Source of the DNA: a virus
Lineage: Duplodnaviria > Caudoviricetes
Strand: one strand, 5' to 3'
Virus record (IMG/VR): IMGVR_UViG_3300032333_000153
Span: 1-56,726 of that record
Length of the DNA stretch: 56,726 nucleotides
Shown here: positions 1-10,126 of the stretch, in pieces
Position numbering within the stretch: the first letter of the stretch is position 1
Layout of the letters: every line of letters begins with the position of its first letter
Translations under genes and position numbers: made by a program
The notes under the pieces: model-generated
The model's database searches: none
Told to the model about the DNA's origin: nothing
What the model saw: the letters and a program-made list of their open reading frames with translations, nothing else

Positions 1-2
1 CC

Positions 3-1817
3 CCGATCTCGGCCAACCAGTATTCCATTCAAGCGCGCGACGTTCTGGGCAATCCAGCGTATGCAACCACAACAGATACCCCCGGCGCGGTCCCATCGTT
101 CGAGTTCACCAATGGGTCGGCCGTTGTCAGGATTACGCTTAATAACCACGGTTTGCAGGTGGGCGATACGTTCCCTGTCCTGATTCCTGTCGTTGCTGGC
201 GGCGTAACTGTCGAAGGCAACTATCTGGTTCAGTCGCTGGATAGTGGATCTCCAACCAGCATCTTCACCATTCAGGCCGCCAACTCAGCGACAAGAGCAC
301 CAACTCTAACTGCTTCTGGTACTGGCTCAGTTGCCACCCTGACATTTGCGACATCGCCGTCCTACACAATCCCTGTCGGCAGCACGATTGTCGTGGCCGG
401 CGTGACGCCCGGCGGCTACAACGGCACCTACACGGTAACAGCATCGTCTCCGGGCCGCGTTTCGTATGCCAATGCAACAACCGGCTCAATGAGCGGTGCC
501 GGCACCATCTTCGTGAGCGTTGTTAAAGAGAACAACAACCTCGCCGGGCTCGTCTACTACAATGGCACAGGCCCTCTAGCGGTCAATTCTGGGTACGGCG
601 TCGGCGGCTACGGCACGGGTGGCTACGGCTCCGGCGTTCCGCCTGTTGCCGGCGGCGGCACAGCAATCACCAACACCATGGACTGGTCGCTCGACAACTG
701 GGGCGAGACGCTGATTGCATCTCCTCTGGATGGGCCGATTTACGAGTGGTCCCCGTCTGCCAACAACCCAACTGCAACGATCATCCCCGAAGCCCCTCAG
801 ATCAATGAGGGCGTCTTCGTGGCGATGCCGCAGCAGCAGATCATCGCCTACGGCAGCACGTTCAACGGCGTGAAGGATGCGCTCCTTATTCGCTGGTGCG
901 ATGTAGCCAACTACAATTCGTGGGTCGGACTCGTCACCAATCAGGCGGGCAGCTACCGGATACCCAAGGGCTCCCGCATCATTCAAGGCATTCAGGGGCC
1001 GCAGCAGGGTCTCATCTGGACGGACCTTGCCATCTGGGCGATGCAGTACGTCGGACCGCCCTATGTCTACCAGTTCAACGAACTCGGCACCGGCTGCGGC
1101 CTGATCGGGCGCAAAGCTGCCGCGTCGGTCAACGGCGTGGTCTATTGGATGGGTCAGAGCCAGTTCTTCCGACTCGCTGGCGGCGGCGTTGAGCCCATCC
1201 GCTGCCCGGTTTGGGACGTGATTTTCCAAGACTTGGACACCAACAACCTCGATAAGATCCGCGTTGCGCCCAATTCGCGCTTTGGCGAGATTTCATGGTT
1301 CTACCCGACCCAGTCGAACGGCGGCGAGGTCAGCCACTACGTCAAGTACAACTTCCTCCTTGACCAGTGGGACTTCGGAACGCTCGCCCGGACTGCTTGG
1401 ATCAACGAGAGCGTTCTCGGTCCTCCGATTGGCGCTGCGCCCGACCAGTACATCTATCAGCACGAGACATCGACGGACGCAGACGGTCAGGCCATCAACG
1501 CGAGCTTCCAGACGGGCTACTTTGTCCTGACGGAAGCAAACGTGAAGATGTTCATCGATCAAATCTGGCCGGACATGAAGTGGGGATACTACGATGGAAC
1601 GCAGAACGCGCAGGTCCAACTGACGTTCTTCGTGGCCGACTACGCCGGTCAGACGCCCCTCCAGTACGGGCCGTTCCTCATGACGCAGGCGACCACGTTC
1701 TTGACGCCCCGTTTCCGTGGCCGCCTCGTTTCGATTAAAGTCGAAAGCAACGACATCGGGTCGTTCTGGCGTCTCGGAAATATCAGGTATCGCTTCCAAG
1801 AGGATGGAAAATACTAA
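3..1817 (+). CDS. Tail nozzle / tail tubular protein B-like (gp10-like stabilisation protein), C-terminal part; the N-terminal part is at 56076-56726
   Basis: Frame is open from nt 3 (PISANQYSIQ...). Beta-propeller-like content (WSLDNWGE, IRWCD, VYWMG, EISWFYP) ending FWRLGNIRYRFQEDG is typical of podophage nozzle proteins. Confidence 0.75.
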   Translation, partial: PISANQYSIQARDVLGNPAYATTTDTPGAVPSFEFTNGSAVVRITLNNHGLQVGDTFPVLIPVVAGGVTVEGNYLVQSLDSGSPTSIFTIQAANSATRAPTLTASGTGSVATLTFATSPSYTIPVGSTIVVAGVTPGGYNGTYTVTASSPGRVSYANATTGSMSGAGTIFVSVVKENNNLAGLVYYNGTGPLAVNSGYGVGGYGTGGYGSGVPPVAGGGTAITNTMDWSLDNWGETLIASPLDGPIYEWSPSANNPTATIIPEAPQINEGVFVAMPQQQIIAYGSTFNGVKDALLIRWCDVANYNSWVGLVTNQAGSYRIPKGSRIIQGIQGPQQGLIWTDLAIWAMQYVGPPYVYQFNELGTGCGLIGRKAAASVNGVVYWMGQSQFFRLAGGGVEPIRCPVWDVIFQDLDTNNLDKIRVAPNSRFGEISWFYPTQSNGGEVSHYVKYNFLLDQWDFGTLARTAWINESVLGPPIGAAPDQYIYQHETSTDADGQAINASFQTGYFVLTEANVKMFIDQIWPDMKWGYYDGTQNAQVQLTFFVADYAGQTPLQYGPFLMTQATTFLTPRFRGRLVSIKVESNDIGSFWRLGNIRYRFQEDGKY

Positions 1818-2170
1818 TGGCGTCGCTTGGGGACATCCTCACTACCCAGAAGAATGGCGTCGTCGCCATCAACAACATATTTCAGGCGCTTTCCGCACTG
1901 AACCCGACAACCACCTCGGCAACCGTCACGTCGTCCACCCTCGTCATCACCGGCAGCGGTCGGTTGATTTCGTTCTCGGTCGTCGTTGCCGGCAGTGCGA
2001 ATGGGTTGATTCACAACACAGGCACGCCCTCCGGGGGCACGGCTGCAAACGCTCTCGTCGCGACGCCCACCACTGTCGGCGTTTACGCTGCAAACATGGT
2101 CTTCACCAACGGCTTGGTCATCGCTCCGGGCACGGGGCAGTCAATCAACGTCACATATTCGCAGGGGTAA
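1817..2170 (+). CDS. Small beta-rich virion structural protein
   Basis: 117 aa, T/S/G-rich; TAATG overlap with the nozzle gene. Confidence 0.6.
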   Translation: MASLGDILTTQKNGVVAINNIFQALSALNPTTTSATVTSSTLVITGSGRLISFSVVVAGSANGLIHNTGTPSGGTAANALVATPTTVGVYAANMVFTNGLVIAPGTGQSINVTYSQG

Positions 2171-2173
2171 GAG

Positions 2174-2734
2174 ATGCCGCTCAAGAAGGGTTCATCTCAG
2201 AAGACGGTCAGCTCCAACATTTCAGAGCTGGTTCACTCTGGTCGCCCCCAGAAGCAGGCGATAGCCATCGCCCTAAAAACTGCGCGGGAGGCTCGCGCCA
2301 TGGGCGGCATGCCTCCCCCGAAGCCGCAGACACCAACTGCCTCAAAGCTGCACGTCGGGCCGATTCATTCTCCAGTTGCCGGGCGCACGGACCATCTTCC
2401 CATGCATGTCCCGTCTGGCTCGTATGTGATCCCCGCAGACATCGTTTCCGCGCTGGGCGAAGGAAACACGATGGCGGGGTTTCGGACTGTCAAGACGATG
2501 TTTCAGGGTGCGTCTGCCGGGCAGCGTTCTCTTGGCGGATTTGCGGGAAGCTCTGGGGAGCCAGTTGCTATTGTGGCGGCTGGCGGCGAGTACGTTTTGA
2601 CGCCGGACGAAGTTGCGTGGGCTGGCGGCGGCGACATGGACGCCGGCCACAAGGCGCTGGATCAGTGGGTAAAGCAGACGCGAGCTGAAACCATTAGCAC
2701 GCTCAAGAAGCTACCGGGGCCTCGCCGTGACTGA
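2174..2734 (+). CDS. Putative internal virion protein: basic N-terminus plus two copies of a xxxGG...G(S/E)YV(I/L) module resembling the C-terminal domain of tape measure proteins
   Basis: RAMGG...GPIHSPVAGRTDHLPMHVPSGSYVIPADIVS and RSLGG...VAIVAAGGEYVLTPDEV. Confidence 0.55.
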   Translation: MPLKKGSSQKTVSSNISELVHSGRPQKQAIAIALKTAREARAMGGMPPPKPQTPTASKLHVGPIHSPVAGRTDHLPMHVPSGSYVIPADIVSALGEGNTMAGFRTVKTMFQGASAGQRSLGGFAGSSGEPVAIVAAGGEYVLTPDEVAWAGGGDMDAGHKALDQWVKQTRAETISTLKKLPGPRRD

Positions 2735-2753
2735 GGCAAGTAAGGGGAAAACT

Positions 2754-3245
2754 ATGGCGAACGAACTGAAGGTCTGGGTAGGAACACCAGAAGACGTGTA
2801 CGACATCATGGATCTGGCGCTCGCGGCATGCAACGAAAACGGTTTCGTTCAGCCTAATCCTGAGCGCTTGCTGGGAGAGATCTGGCCGGCCCTCAATCGA
2901 GACAAGGGGATCGTTGGTATCGTCGGCGTTCCGGGGCAGAAGCCACAGGGTGCCATTCTTTTGCGAATTGGCAATATCTGGTATAGTGATGAGGAAATAC
3001 TTGAGGAGCGTGCCGTTTTCATTCACCCCGACTTTCGGGCCGTCAAAGGCGGAAGGGCTAGAAAGCTTTGTGAATTTGGAAAGAAGGTGGCCGATGAATT
3101 GGGGATCCCGCTGACTATTGGCGTTCTCTCCAACCATCGGACAGAGGGAAAGATCCGAATGTATGAGCGGATCTTCGGCAAACCTTCCGGGGCTTATTTT
3201 CTGTATGGCACTCGGACCGGCGAATGGCGCGGGGCGGCTGAGTAA
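2754..3245 (+). CDS. GNAT-fold acetyltransferase-like protein
   Basis: FIHPDFRAVKGGRARKLCEF resembles GNAT motif A. It lies between nozzle and ejection genes, like T7 gp13-type genes. RBS AAGGGG precedes the ATG at 2754. Confidence 0.55.
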   Translation: MANELKVWVGTPEDVYDIMDLALAACNENGFVQPNPERLLGEIWPALNRDKGIVGIVGVPGQKPQGAILLRIGNIWYSDEEILEERAVFIHPDFRAVKGGRARKLCEFGKKVADELGIPLTIGVLSNHRTEGKIRMYERIFGKPSGAYFLYGTRTGEWRGAAE

Positions 3246-3259
3246 GCAGAGGGGCTAAT

Positions 3260-6200
3260 ATGAGCGGCGGCGGAAAAACCCAAACAGCTACCCAGCAGAT
3301 CCAAGTCCCGCCCGAGGTAATGGCGCGTTACACCGCCGTTAACAAACGAGCGGAAGAAGCCGCCGCCCAGCCCTTTCAGGCTTACAGTCAAGACCCGAAC
3401 GCCTTCGTCGCTCCGTTGACGGCGACGCAGCGAGCGGGCATTCAGAACATCAATCAGGCGGCTGGGATGACCCAGCCGTACTTCCAGACCGCCGCCGGGC
3501 TTACGCTTGGTGGCGCTCAGGGTGTCGGGCCGCTGACGCAGCAGCAGATCGGCTATTACCAGAATCCGTTCACGCAGTCGGTCGTCGGCTCCACGCTGGC
3601 GGGCCTTCAGCAGCAGCAGGGGCAGCAGCTCGCCCAGCAGCAGGCAGAGGCGATCAAGGCCGGAGCGTTTGGCGGCGACCGGGCAGGCATCCAGCGCGCC
3701 CAGCTTCAAGGCCAGCAGAACCTTGCCACGGCGCAGGCGATCTCGCCGCTGATGATGCAGGGTTACCAGCAGGGCGTTCAGACGGCGATGGGCCAGCAGA
3801 ACGTCCTTGCGCAGGATCTCCAGCGCCAGTTGGCGGCTGGGCAACAGCTTGGCGGCCTTGGCGCTCAGTCGCAGCAGGCGGCATTGGCTGGCGCGCAGGC
3901 TCAGCTTGGTGCGGGCACTGCTGAGCAGCAGACGGAGCAGGCCGGCAAGCAGGCTCTCTACAACCAGTTCCTTCAGGAGCGTGGGTATCCGTTCCAAGTC
4001 GCGCAGTTCCTTGCGAACATCGCGATGGGTACGGGGGCGCTGTCAGGGTCAACGACAACCACAACACAGCCCGCTCCTTTCATGTCAGACGAGCGCGAAA
4101 AAACCAATATTCAGCCGCTTGGTGGCGGCCTGTACGCCTACGACTACAAGGACGACGTGCGTCGCGCCGAGGAAGAAGGGCGGCCCATGCCGCCCAAGCG
4201 CGTCGGCCCCATGGCTCAGGATATTGAGAAGCAGGATCCTGACCTCGTCAGCGAAGTGAATGGCCACAAAGTGGTTGGTCGCCCCCAGAAGGCGCTTGGA
4301 GGATTCGCTGGCAAGGGTGGCGTTCAGGCTCCGTCCTACGCTCCTCCGCCCAACGCCGTGCAAAACGTGCCGAGGGCATATCAAAACATGCAAGCCACCC
4401 AGAGCAATGCTGGCAAGGGTGGTGTTCAGGCTCCATCCTACGCCCCTCCGCCCGACGCTGCCCAAAACGCGGCGAGGGTGTATCAAAACATGCAGACGCT
4501 TCAGAGCGCCGGAACAGGCGGTCAGTTGCCGCAGGGGGGCCAAAGCACTGGCCAGCAGGCAGTAGACTCCAACGCGCCAACGCAGAGCCAACTGATGGCC
4601 GGTCAGGGCCAAATGTTGCAGAGCCAAGGCGCACTTACTCCTGCTCAGATGGCGGCCATTCCGGGCAATTCCGGTATATTTACGCAGCCTTTTGGTCCGA
4701 TGGGTGGCCCGTCTATTGGTGGCAAGGGGTCCGTTCAGTCGAACTCTTTCCCGTCTCAGTCTGCCTCTTACGGTCAGATGTCTCCATCAATGCCGCCCAT
4801 GGCTCCCAGCTATGGCGGAATGCAGCGTGGCTTTGGAAAGGGTGGAGTGCGGGCTCCCTCTTATGCCTCTGGTGGGGCAGTCGTAGGCTCCGAGGACATG
4901 CGCGCCATTCTGGCCGCCATCGGTCAGCCGCTTGCGTTCTACGGCGGCAAGGGCCTTTACGGCGGATCTGGGACTGGCGGGGCTGGCGCTCCCGGCTACA
5001 TCCCGCAGTCGCAGGTTGCACAGCCGAAGCTGGTCACGGCTGGCGGCTTGCCTGCACAGCGCCCGTCTGGTCTCAGCGAGGCTCTTGATACGGGAACAAA
5101 GATCGCGGGCCTTGCCCAAACGGGCAAGGGCGCACTGGTTGGGTCAGAAGGTTCTGGCGGCAAGAAGGGCAGCACTGGCCTGTTTGGCAGTGAGGGATCC
5201 TTCAATCGGAAGGGGTACATTTCTGGCCTTGGCGGTGCAGAAGCTGGCCCCTCTCGCGCAGCCCCTCCGGCCCCGAAGGGGGCTGACAAGATCGCCGAAA
5301 CGATGCCGCCGGCTGAGTGGGATACAAACAGGCTCTTCGGCTATCGCGGCGGCCTGATGCGAAATGATTACGCCATGGGCGGTGGCTTGCCTTACGCCAC
5401 CGGCGACATGGGCGAAGACCCGTTGCAGAAGATCGGCGAGCCTGACGAGCAGAAGCGCGAGCTGATGACGCCGGGCAAGCTCGGTGCGCCGGCTCCGGGT
5501 GTCGGTAACGAGCTTTTGGACGCCGGATCGAAGATCGCCTCCATCGCCAAGGTGGCGATGATGTTTGCGCCGTCCGACGCCCGCATGAAGGACAACATTG
5601 AGCAAGTCGGCGAGCTTTACGACGGCCAGCCGGTCTATCGCTACAACATGAAGGGCTCGCCCAAGACCCAGATCGGCCTCATGGCGCAGGATCTGGAACG
5701 CAATGGTCATGGCGACGCGGTTGCTGGCCTCGGCGGCATCAAGATGGTCGATTACAAGCGCGCCACTGACGTGGCGGCGGGTCTCGCGCCCCGGCAGGGC
5801 TATCAAGAGGGCGGCACGCCCAGATCTGAAGATGAGGAGCGTATCTTGCGGGCACGGGAGGCGGGAAGATCACCGCCGCCGGGTGTCGCGAGCGGTGAGC
5901 GCCCTGTTGGCGGAGTGGTGCCTCCCGAACAAATTCCTTCTCGCTCGCCTTATGCAACCCTAATCGGTGGCATGTTCGGTCGCGACATGAAGCCTGAAAC
6001 AAAGCAGGCCCTCATGTCCGAAAACCTCTGGGTTCCGGCGCTCGCCGGCATCGGATCAATGCTGGCGTCAAGGTCTCCGTATCTGGCCAGCGCTATTGGC
6101 GAAGGGCTCGTTGGCGGCACGAGCGCGTACACTGGCCTTCAGAAGCAGCAGTCCGAGGCCGATGAGGCCAGCGCCCGGACGGGGCTCACGAACGTGCAGG

Positions 6201-7450
6201 CGGCTGGAGCGTCCATCAAGTACGACGCAAGGGGCTTCCCGCAGGCTGTGCTTGTCTCTGATGGGCGTGGCGGTATGCGCTACGTTCCCTTCTACGAAGT
6301 GCTGGAGAACCCTGACAGGTACAATCTCCTGCCGCAAACCCGGCGCGAAGTCGAACAGGCCGCACGCACGGCGAGCCCGCGCAGTGAAGCGCCTCCTGCC
6401 GCTGTCAGCAGGCAACCTGTGCCCGCGAGAACGACGGCAGACACCCTTCCTCCCGCGCCTCCGCCATCCGGTGTACAGCCGGCGCGGGAGCCTCCCGCAA
6501 CCGCAGGGGCCGCTCCGCAGGCCGCTCCGCCTGCCGCTGCTGCGCCTGCGGCTACTCCGCCTGCCGCCACTGGCCCAGTCACGCGGGTCGGCGCAATCGA
6601 GATCCCGAAGGAGGGCGAGTACCGCATCGACGTGGCCCCGGCTCGCGGCGGCATTGCGGACGAGTACATCCGCAGCGTGTTGCCTCCGGGTGTCAACATT
6701 AACAATCCGCGCGCCATTGAGGCAGCGATCAACACGGTGCCGAACCTGCGTGAGCGGGCGGAAAAAGAAGCGGCTACTGCTCAGTCTATTCGTGACGCGT
6801 CTCGCGCGACGGATCGTAGTATTTCCGATTTGTGGTCTCTGGCCACGTCGGTTAACCGCATCAGCACTAACAACCTTACCGGAGAAGGCGCTGGGCAGGA
6901 GGGTCGTGCGGCTCTGGTGAACATCTACAATACGGCGGCCAAAATTGCGGGGCTCCCCGGCGCGCAGATTGATGTCGGCTCGGACATTCAGGAAACTGAA
7001 ATCATCCGCAAGATCCAAGAGCTTGGGTCTGTGCAAATGGCCGCGCAGGGCGGATTTAATGCTGCGGCTGTTGCTACTTCAATCCGCAACGCGATGCCCA
7101 GCGGCAATCTCACGAAGGAGGCGGCGAACACCATCATCTCCAACATGTTGGTGGAGTTCCAGCGGGATCGCGACTTCGCTCGCTACTACGACGCCTACAC
7201 GCGCCGCTATGGCACTGCACTGAACGTCTACGACAACTTCAACAAAGAGATGGGCGACCGTTACGACCTTGAGCGGCAAAGGCTTAAGGAGTCGATGCAG
7301 GCCTTCCCGATCACTGAGCGCGTCAACGGACAGACTGTGACGCGGCGCGAAAGTGCTGTCGATATTCTTCGCAGAGACCCATCATCGTCGCGTCGATTTG
7401 ATGCGCGATTTGATACACCCGGACTGGCGCGCTACTGGAGGACCAACTGA
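3260..7450 (+). CDS. Large internal virion / DNA-ejection protein with two internal peptidase S74 (intramolecular chaperone autoprocessing) domains
   Basis: Q/A/G-rich pilot-like N-terminus (MSGGGKTQTATQ; AGAFGGDR); SDEREKTNI...GPMAQDIEK at aa 276 and SDARMKDNI...GLMAQDLE...VDY at aa 772. Confidence 0.75.
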   Translation: MSGGGKTQTATQQIQVPPEVMARYTAVNKRAEEAAAQPFQAYSQDPNAFVAPLTATQRAGIQNINQAAGMTQPYFQTAAGLTLGGAQGVGPLTQQQIGYYQNPFTQSVVGSTLAGLQQQQGQQLAQQQAEAIKAGAFGGDRAGIQRAQLQGQQNLATAQAISPLMMQGYQQGVQTAMGQQNVLAQDLQRQLAAGQQLGGLGAQSQQAALAGAQAQLGAGTAEQQTEQAGKQALYNQFLQERGYPFQVAQFLANIAMGTGALSGSTTTTTQPAPFMSDEREKTNIQPLGGGLYAYDYKDDVRRAEEEGRPMPPKRVGPMAQDIEKQDPDLVSEVNGHKVVGRPQKALGGFAGKGGVQAPSYAPPPNAVQNVPRAYQNMQATQSNAGKGGVQAPSYAPPPDAAQNAARVYQNMQTLQSAGTGGQLPQGGQSTGQQAVDSNAPTQSQLMAGQGQMLQSQGALTPAQMAAIPGNSGIFTQPFGPMGGPSIGGKGSVQSNSFPSQSASYGQMSPSMPPMAPSYGGMQRGFGKGGVRAPSYASGGAVVGSEDMRAILAAIGQPLAFYGGKGLYGGSGTGGAGAPGYIPQSQVAQPKLVTAGGLPAQRPSGLSEALDTGTKIAGLAQTGKGALVGSEGSGGKKGSTGLFGSEGSFNRKGYISGLGGAEAGPSRAAPPAPKGADKIAETMPPAEWDTNRLFGYRGGLMRNDYAMGGGLPYATGDMGEDPLQKIGEPDEQKRELMTPGKLGAPAPGVGNELLDAGSKIASIAKVAMMFAPSDARMKDNIEQVGELYDGQPVYRYNMKGSPKTQIGLMAQDLERNGHGDAVAGLGGIKMVDYKRATDVAAGLAPRQGYQEGGTPRSEDEERILRAREAGRSPPPGVASGERPVGGVVPPEQIPSRSPYATLIGGMFGRDMKPETKQALMSENLWVPALAGIGSMLASRSPYLASAIGEGLVGGTSAYTGLQKQQSEADEASARTGLTNVQAAGASIKYDARGFPQAVLVSDGRGGMRYVPFYEVLENPDRYNLLPQTRREVEQAARTASPRSEAPPAAVSRQPVPARTTADTLPPAPPPSGVQPAREPPATAGAAPQAAPPAAAAPAATPPAATGPVTRVGAIEIPKEGEYRIDVAPARGGIADEYIRSVLPPGVNINNPRAIEAAINTVPNLRERAEKEAATAQSIRDASRATDRSISDLWSLATSVNRISTNNLTGEGAGQEGRAALVNIYNTAAKIAGLPGAQIDVGSDIQETEIIRKIQELGSVQMAAQGGFNAAAVATSIRNAMPSGNLTKEAANTIISNMLVEFQRDRDFARYYDAYTRRYGTALNVYDNFNKEMGDRYDLERQRLKESMQAFPITERVNGQTVTRRESAVDILRRDPSSSRRFDARFDTPGLARYWRTN
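4307..4510 (+). repeat. 102-bp (34-aa) tandem duplication inside the ejection protein gene
   Basis: AGKGGVQAPSYAPPP..AQN..R.YQNMQ..QS repeated from 4307 and 4409; a degenerate third copy GKGGVRAPSY lies near 4835. Confidence 0.9.
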
Positions 7451-10116
7451 TGAACGAGCAAGATCCGTTCGGTCACCTCCCTCCGATCAGCGCGCCAGCC
7501 ACGACCACCCGACCCGGCGAAGATCCTTTCGAGCGGCTCCGTCAGGCAGAGTTCGTCGAGCGGAGACGCAGCCAAGAAATGCCGAAGACGCCGCAGACCT
7601 TCGGCGAGCATGCCGCCGACATCCTTGGTGCTGGCGCGGCTGGCGTGGGGCGCGGTATCGTGTCGCTGCCGGGCATCGTCGGCGACATCGGTCAGCTTTA
7701 CGAGCGCTCCCCTGCCTACGCCGCATGGGTTCAAAATCGCGTTCAGGAGCTGCGCGGCAAGGCGCAGCCCGGATCCGCCCGAAAGGCATATGAGGAACGC
7801 CTCGCTCCGATTGAGGAGCGCATGACGCCGGGCGAGCGCGCAGGAACCGAATACAGAATTGCCGGAGTTCCCGTCCCCACCGGGCAGTCCATGGTGAACT
7901 TGGCCGCCGGAGCGGTTCCGAGCATCAAGTACGAAGGCAAGACACCGACATCGCGCGTCGTCGGCACCGTTGGTGAGTTCGTCGGGCAGGTTCCCGCTAC
8001 GTCCGCTGTGTCGATGGGTGTGCGTGGCGCACTGGGTGCGCCCAAGGCCGCTGGAGCGGGTCAGGCAGCGGTGCGTGAGCTTGCGACCACCACGGGGGCT
8101 GGGGTGACCAGCGGGGCCGCCGGCGAGGCTCTGAGGGGCACTGACGATGAGGCCGCTGCGCGCGTGCTCGGCGTGGTGCCGGGCATGCTGGCGGGCCGCG
8201 CCATAGCTGGCCGCACGCCTGCCGCCACGGCGGAGCGCAGCGAGCGCATCGCTGGCGACATCGTTCGCGAGACCGATCCCGACATCACTCGCCGCCAGCC
8301 GATGCTCGACAAGACGCTGGAGGGCGTGGAGCCTACGTCGGCACAGGCTTACGGCTCGCGCATGGAGGCGCTGGAACGCGCCGTGCCGGGCGGCCAACAG
8401 GCTGCACGCACGCAGGCCGACCAGAGCCGCATGATCGTCGAGCGCGCTGCCGCTGCAATCCCGGAGGAGATCCAGCCGGGCGGCGTCAAGGACACGACCG
8501 TCAACCCGATGTCGATGTCATCGGCGGAGGCGCAGAACCTCTACCGAGCCATCCAAGAGCCAGCCCGCGTGGCCTATGAGGCCGCGTGGGATCACCCTGC
8601 TTTTACGCAAGCGCGCTACAATTCCAGCGCCGTGGGCCGGGCGATTGATGATGCGTTCAAGGAAATGGGCACCGCGCGGCTGAGCGTTGGCAACGACGTG
8701 ATGCAACAGATTGAGGCCCTTCGGAACTACTCTGGCGGCCAGATCCCGTTCGCAGACGTTCAGCGGCTCAAGGCGGATGTGAACGCCGTCCTGCGCGATC
8801 CGACGGCCAAACCCTCGGCGGTTACGGCTGCAAAGGCTATTTCGACCAAGCTCGACGACATGATGACCGACACGAAAGCCGTGTCGAACATCTTTATGAA
8901 GGGCGTCACGCCCTCTGAGGTTGGTGCGGCGTTTGACAATGCGCGCACAATGACGCGCGAGTACAAGAGCACGTTTGAGACGCCAGCCACGAAGCCCCTT
9001 TCAGAGGTTCATAGCCGGTATCATTCCGAGGCCGGTCGCCCGGTCATTGAGCCTGAGCTGTTCCTGTCCAAGGTGCTCGGATCGCCCGACGAGGCACTGT
9101 CGCGTTACCGCGAGATCCAGAACATTCCGGGCGTCGATGTGGCTCGCCCTGTCGGTGATTGGGTCGTGTCGAAAATCCTTGGCGGAAAGGCGTTTATCAC
9201 GCCGGAGATGATCGCAAACTTCCGCAAGAACCCCGGCTACGACGGCCTGATCCGCGAGGTTCCCGGCCTTGAGGCGCGCTTGGATCAGATCGCCAACACG
9301 GGGCTCGGCAACCAGATCGTCATGTCCCTGTCGGACGCCATACAGCGTGATCCGGCAAAACTGTCGAGCTGGATCAAAAATAACCGGGCAGACATCAATA
9401 AATTCGTGACCGACCCGGATGGCCGCGCCTTCATCGACCGCGTCAATCAGTCGGCCAACATCCTGAAGAAGTTGCCCGTGAATGAGGAGCTTCCGCAGGG
9501 TGCTCAGCAGCGACTGAAACTGCTGTCGAGCGGTGATATGTTCACGCTACTGCACGGGCGCGCCATCGGTTCATTTGCGGGGGCTGCGGCGGGCTACGGC
9601 GCAGGCAAGGCGCTCGGAATGACTATTCCTGCCCAGATTGCCTTTGAGGCTCTAGGAGCCGCCGCAGGCGCTACCGCATCACAGGTTATGAGCCCCGTGA
9701 CCCGGTTTGCTGCGCGCATGGTGTACGGCACCACGCAGGAGCAAGCTATGGCGGCCCTCCAGCGCGCTGTTACTGATCCTCAGTTCGCACGCTTCTTGGC
9801 GCAGAAGCCTTCCGAGGCAAACACGCTTCGTCTCAACGCCTTCCTGCGCGAGATGAGCGCACGCGCCCCGGCGCTCGGCATGGCGGCGGAGCGTCTTCCT
9901 GACGAGCCCGCGCCGCCGCCCAAGACGACTGAGGAGATGTATCGCGAACTCACCATCCCGCTTCAGCGTCGGGGTCGTGCGACAGGCGGTGCGGTGAACC
10001 TTCGCGAACTCGCCAAGACGGCGAAAAATCATGTAACATCCAGCACTGAGAAGCTCCTTAACGAGCACGACGACACCGTCGCCAAGGCGCTTGAAGTTGC
10101 CAACAAGCACATCTGA
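7450..10116 (+). CDS. Internal virion / ejection protein
   Basis: 888 aa, Ala/Gly-rich hydrophobic helices, C-terminal RATGG and TVAKALEVANK; coupled to the previous gene. Confidence 0.6.
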   Translation: MNEQDPFGHLPPISAPATTTRPGEDPFERLRQAEFVERRRSQEMPKTPQTFGEHAADILGAGAAGVGRGIVSLPGIVGDIGQLYERSPAYAAWVQNRVQELRGKAQPGSARKAYEERLAPIEERMTPGERAGTEYRIAGVPVPTGQSMVNLAAGAVPSIKYEGKTPTSRVVGTVGEFVGQVPATSAVSMGVRGALGAPKAAGAGQAAVRELATTTGAGVTSGAAGEALRGTDDEAAARVLGVVPGMLAGRAIAGRTPAATAERSERIAGDIVRETDPDITRRQPMLDKTLEGVEPTSAQAYGSRMEALERAVPGGQQAARTQADQSRMIVERAAAAIPEEIQPGGVKDTTVNPMSMSSAEAQNLYRAIQEPARVAYEAAWDHPAFTQARYNSSAVGRAIDDAFKEMGTARLSVGNDVMQQIEALRNYSGGQIPFADVQRLKADVNAVLRDPTAKPSAVTAAKAISTKLDDMMTDTKAVSNIFMKGVTPSEVGAAFDNARTMTREYKSTFETPATKPLSEVHSRYHSEAGRPVIEPELFLSKVLGSPDEALSRYREIQNIPGVDVARPVGDWVVSKILGGKAFITPEMIANFRKNPGYDGLIREVPGLEARLDQIANTGLGNQIVMSLSDAIQRDPAKLSSWIKNNRADINKFVTDPDGRAFIDRVNQSANILKKLPVNEELPQGAQQRLKLLSSGDMFTLLHGRAIGSFAGAAAGYGAGKALGMTIPAQIAFEALGAAAGATASQVMSPVTRFAARMVYGTTQEQAMAALQRAVTDPQFARFLAQKPSEANTLRLNAFLREMSARAPALGMAAERLPDEPAPPPKTTEEMYRELTIPLQRRGRATGGAVNLRELAKTAKNHVTSSTEKLLNEHDDTVAKALEVANKHI

Positions 10117-10126
10117 GGGGGCTTAA

